DNA from: Macrostomum hystrix
Lineage: Eukaryota > Animalia > Platyhelminthes
Direction of reading: 5' to 3'
Assembly (NCBI GenBank): GCA_950097015.1
Contig: CATNEN010000007.1
Location: 3,658,001-3,722,000, forward strand
Length of the DNA: 64,000 nucleotides
The notes below the pieces were generated by a model that ran no database searches, was not told the origin of the DNA, and worked only from the letters and a program-made list of their open reading frames with translations. Position 1 is the first letter of the stretch, and every line of letters starts with the position of its first letter. Below, piece after piece: positions 63,001-64,000 of this stretch. Position numbers and translations under genes: made by a program.

Positions 63001-63180
63001 GCAGTTTCTACTGGGCCCCAGTTCGGGAAATTCAGACATTAAAAATTAATTTTTTTCAGCGGCAGCGCTTACACTCCGCCTCTGTTTGCCGGTGTTGAAG
63101 ACAACTACTCAGCTGCGAGGAGCCGAGTTCATCCGGCGAGACTGTCCGCTGACTATGTGCATCCGGGATCCGGGTTCACG
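60030..63180 (+). CDS. Multi-exon gene of unknown function, 3'-incomplete (continues beyond window)
   Basis: Eight phase-consistent GT-AG exons: 60030..60065, 60160..60448, 61000..61122, 61202..61536, 62080..62143, 62237..62489, 62875..62940, 63060..63180. They give one stop-free reading frame (DFLARYAPNLSRKER...GILSWVQEANEQDKQVAYNLLKAIG...ADYVHPGSGFT). Confidence 0.75.
60544..60770. repeat. 35-bp minisatellite (CACCTGTGAGTTAGGAGTGTCATCAGTAACACTCA), intronic
   Basis: Read directly, ~6.5 copies. Confidence 0.97.
62500..62815. repeat. 19-bp minisatellite (GATGGGATCAGAGTGTCTC), intronic, starting just after the donor
   Basis: Read directly, ~16 copies. Confidence 0.97.
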
Positions 63181-63279
63181 GTGAGTCTGAGATCCTACCT
63201 AAGAATCTGGGATTCCAATCCCAATATCTCAAGTTTGACGATCTGAAATCCCAAAAGTCTCAAACCACTAGAAAGTCAA

Positions 63280-64000
63280 CGAAGTAGCCTCAAATCCCAA
63301 CAGCCTCAGCCCAGTAACCTCAAATCCCAACAGCCTCAGCCCAGTAGCCTCAAATCCCAACAGCCTCAGCCCAGAAGACTCAAATCCCAACAGCCTCAGC
63401 CCAGTAGCCTCAAATCCCAACAGCCTCAGCCCAGTAGCCTCAAATCCCAACAGCCTCAGCCCGGTAGCCTCAAATCCCAAAAGCCTCAGCCCAGTAGCCT
63501 CAAATCCCAACAGCCTCAGCCCAGTAGCCTCAAATCCCAACAGCCTCAGCCCAGTAGCCTCAAATCCCAACAGCCTCAGCCCGGTAGCCTCAAATCCCAA
63601 AAGCCTCAGCCCAGTAACCTCAAATCCCAACAGCCTCAGCATAGTAGCCTCAAATCCCAACAGCCTCAGCCCAGTAGCCTCAAATCCCAACAGCCTCAGC
63701 CCAGTAGCCTCAAATCCCAACAGCCTCAGCCCGGTAGCCTCAAATCCCAAAAGCCTCAGCCCAGTAGCCTCAAATCCCAACAGCCTCAGCCCGGTAGCCT
63801 CAAATCCCAACAGCCTCAGCCCAGTAGCCTCAAATCCCAACAGCTTCAGCCCGGTAGCCTCAAATCCCAACAGCTTCAGCCCGGTAGCCTTAAATCCCAA
63901 CAGCCTCAGCCCGGTAGCCTCAAATCCCAACAGCTTCAGCCCGGTAGCCTCAAATCCCAACAGCTTCAGCCCGGTAGCCTCAAATCCCAACAGCCTCAGC
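63280..64000. repeat. 30-bp minisatellite (AGTAGCCTCAAATCCCAACAGCCTCAGCCC), intronic, runs off window end
   Basis: Read directly, ~24 copies. Confidence 0.98.

Noticed and set aside
63268-63990. 240-aa (GFEATGLRLL)n ORF resembling a repeat protein
   Set aside because: The 30-bp unit is stop-free by chance, it lies in an intron of the + strand gene, and there is no non-repetitive coding flank.

Overview
Eukaryotic (metazoan) genomic DNA: GC-rich spliced exons, mostly GT-AG introns, and about 27 kb (~42%, summed by hand) of minisatellite arrays. The style resembles a free-living flatworm such as Macrostomum, but this is inference only. Gene models built by hand from splice phase and protein motifs: two intronless secreted C-type-lectin + PAN/Apple paralogs (one with a single in-frame TAG, plus a third 3' remnant); two divergent rhodopsin-class peptide-receptor-like GPCRs; an intronless ARF-like GTPase with Arg at the catalytic Gln position, head-to-head with a decayed ARF copy; PIG-V; a caveolin with two alternative N-terminal exons; an LKAAEAR1-like gene; and two orphan genes. 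Also present: a dispersed tRNA-headed SINE family and two LINE 3' fragments. Most long ORFs in the supplied track are artefacts of the repeats. No CRISPR array, rRNA or prokaryotic-type system is supported. Most interesting observations: duplicated alternative caveolin exons (one probably using a GC donor); two 8-kb arrays that appear to be UTR introns of one GPCR; the Gln-to-Arg ARF with its inverted pseudogene; and mosaic conservation of the lectin paralogs.
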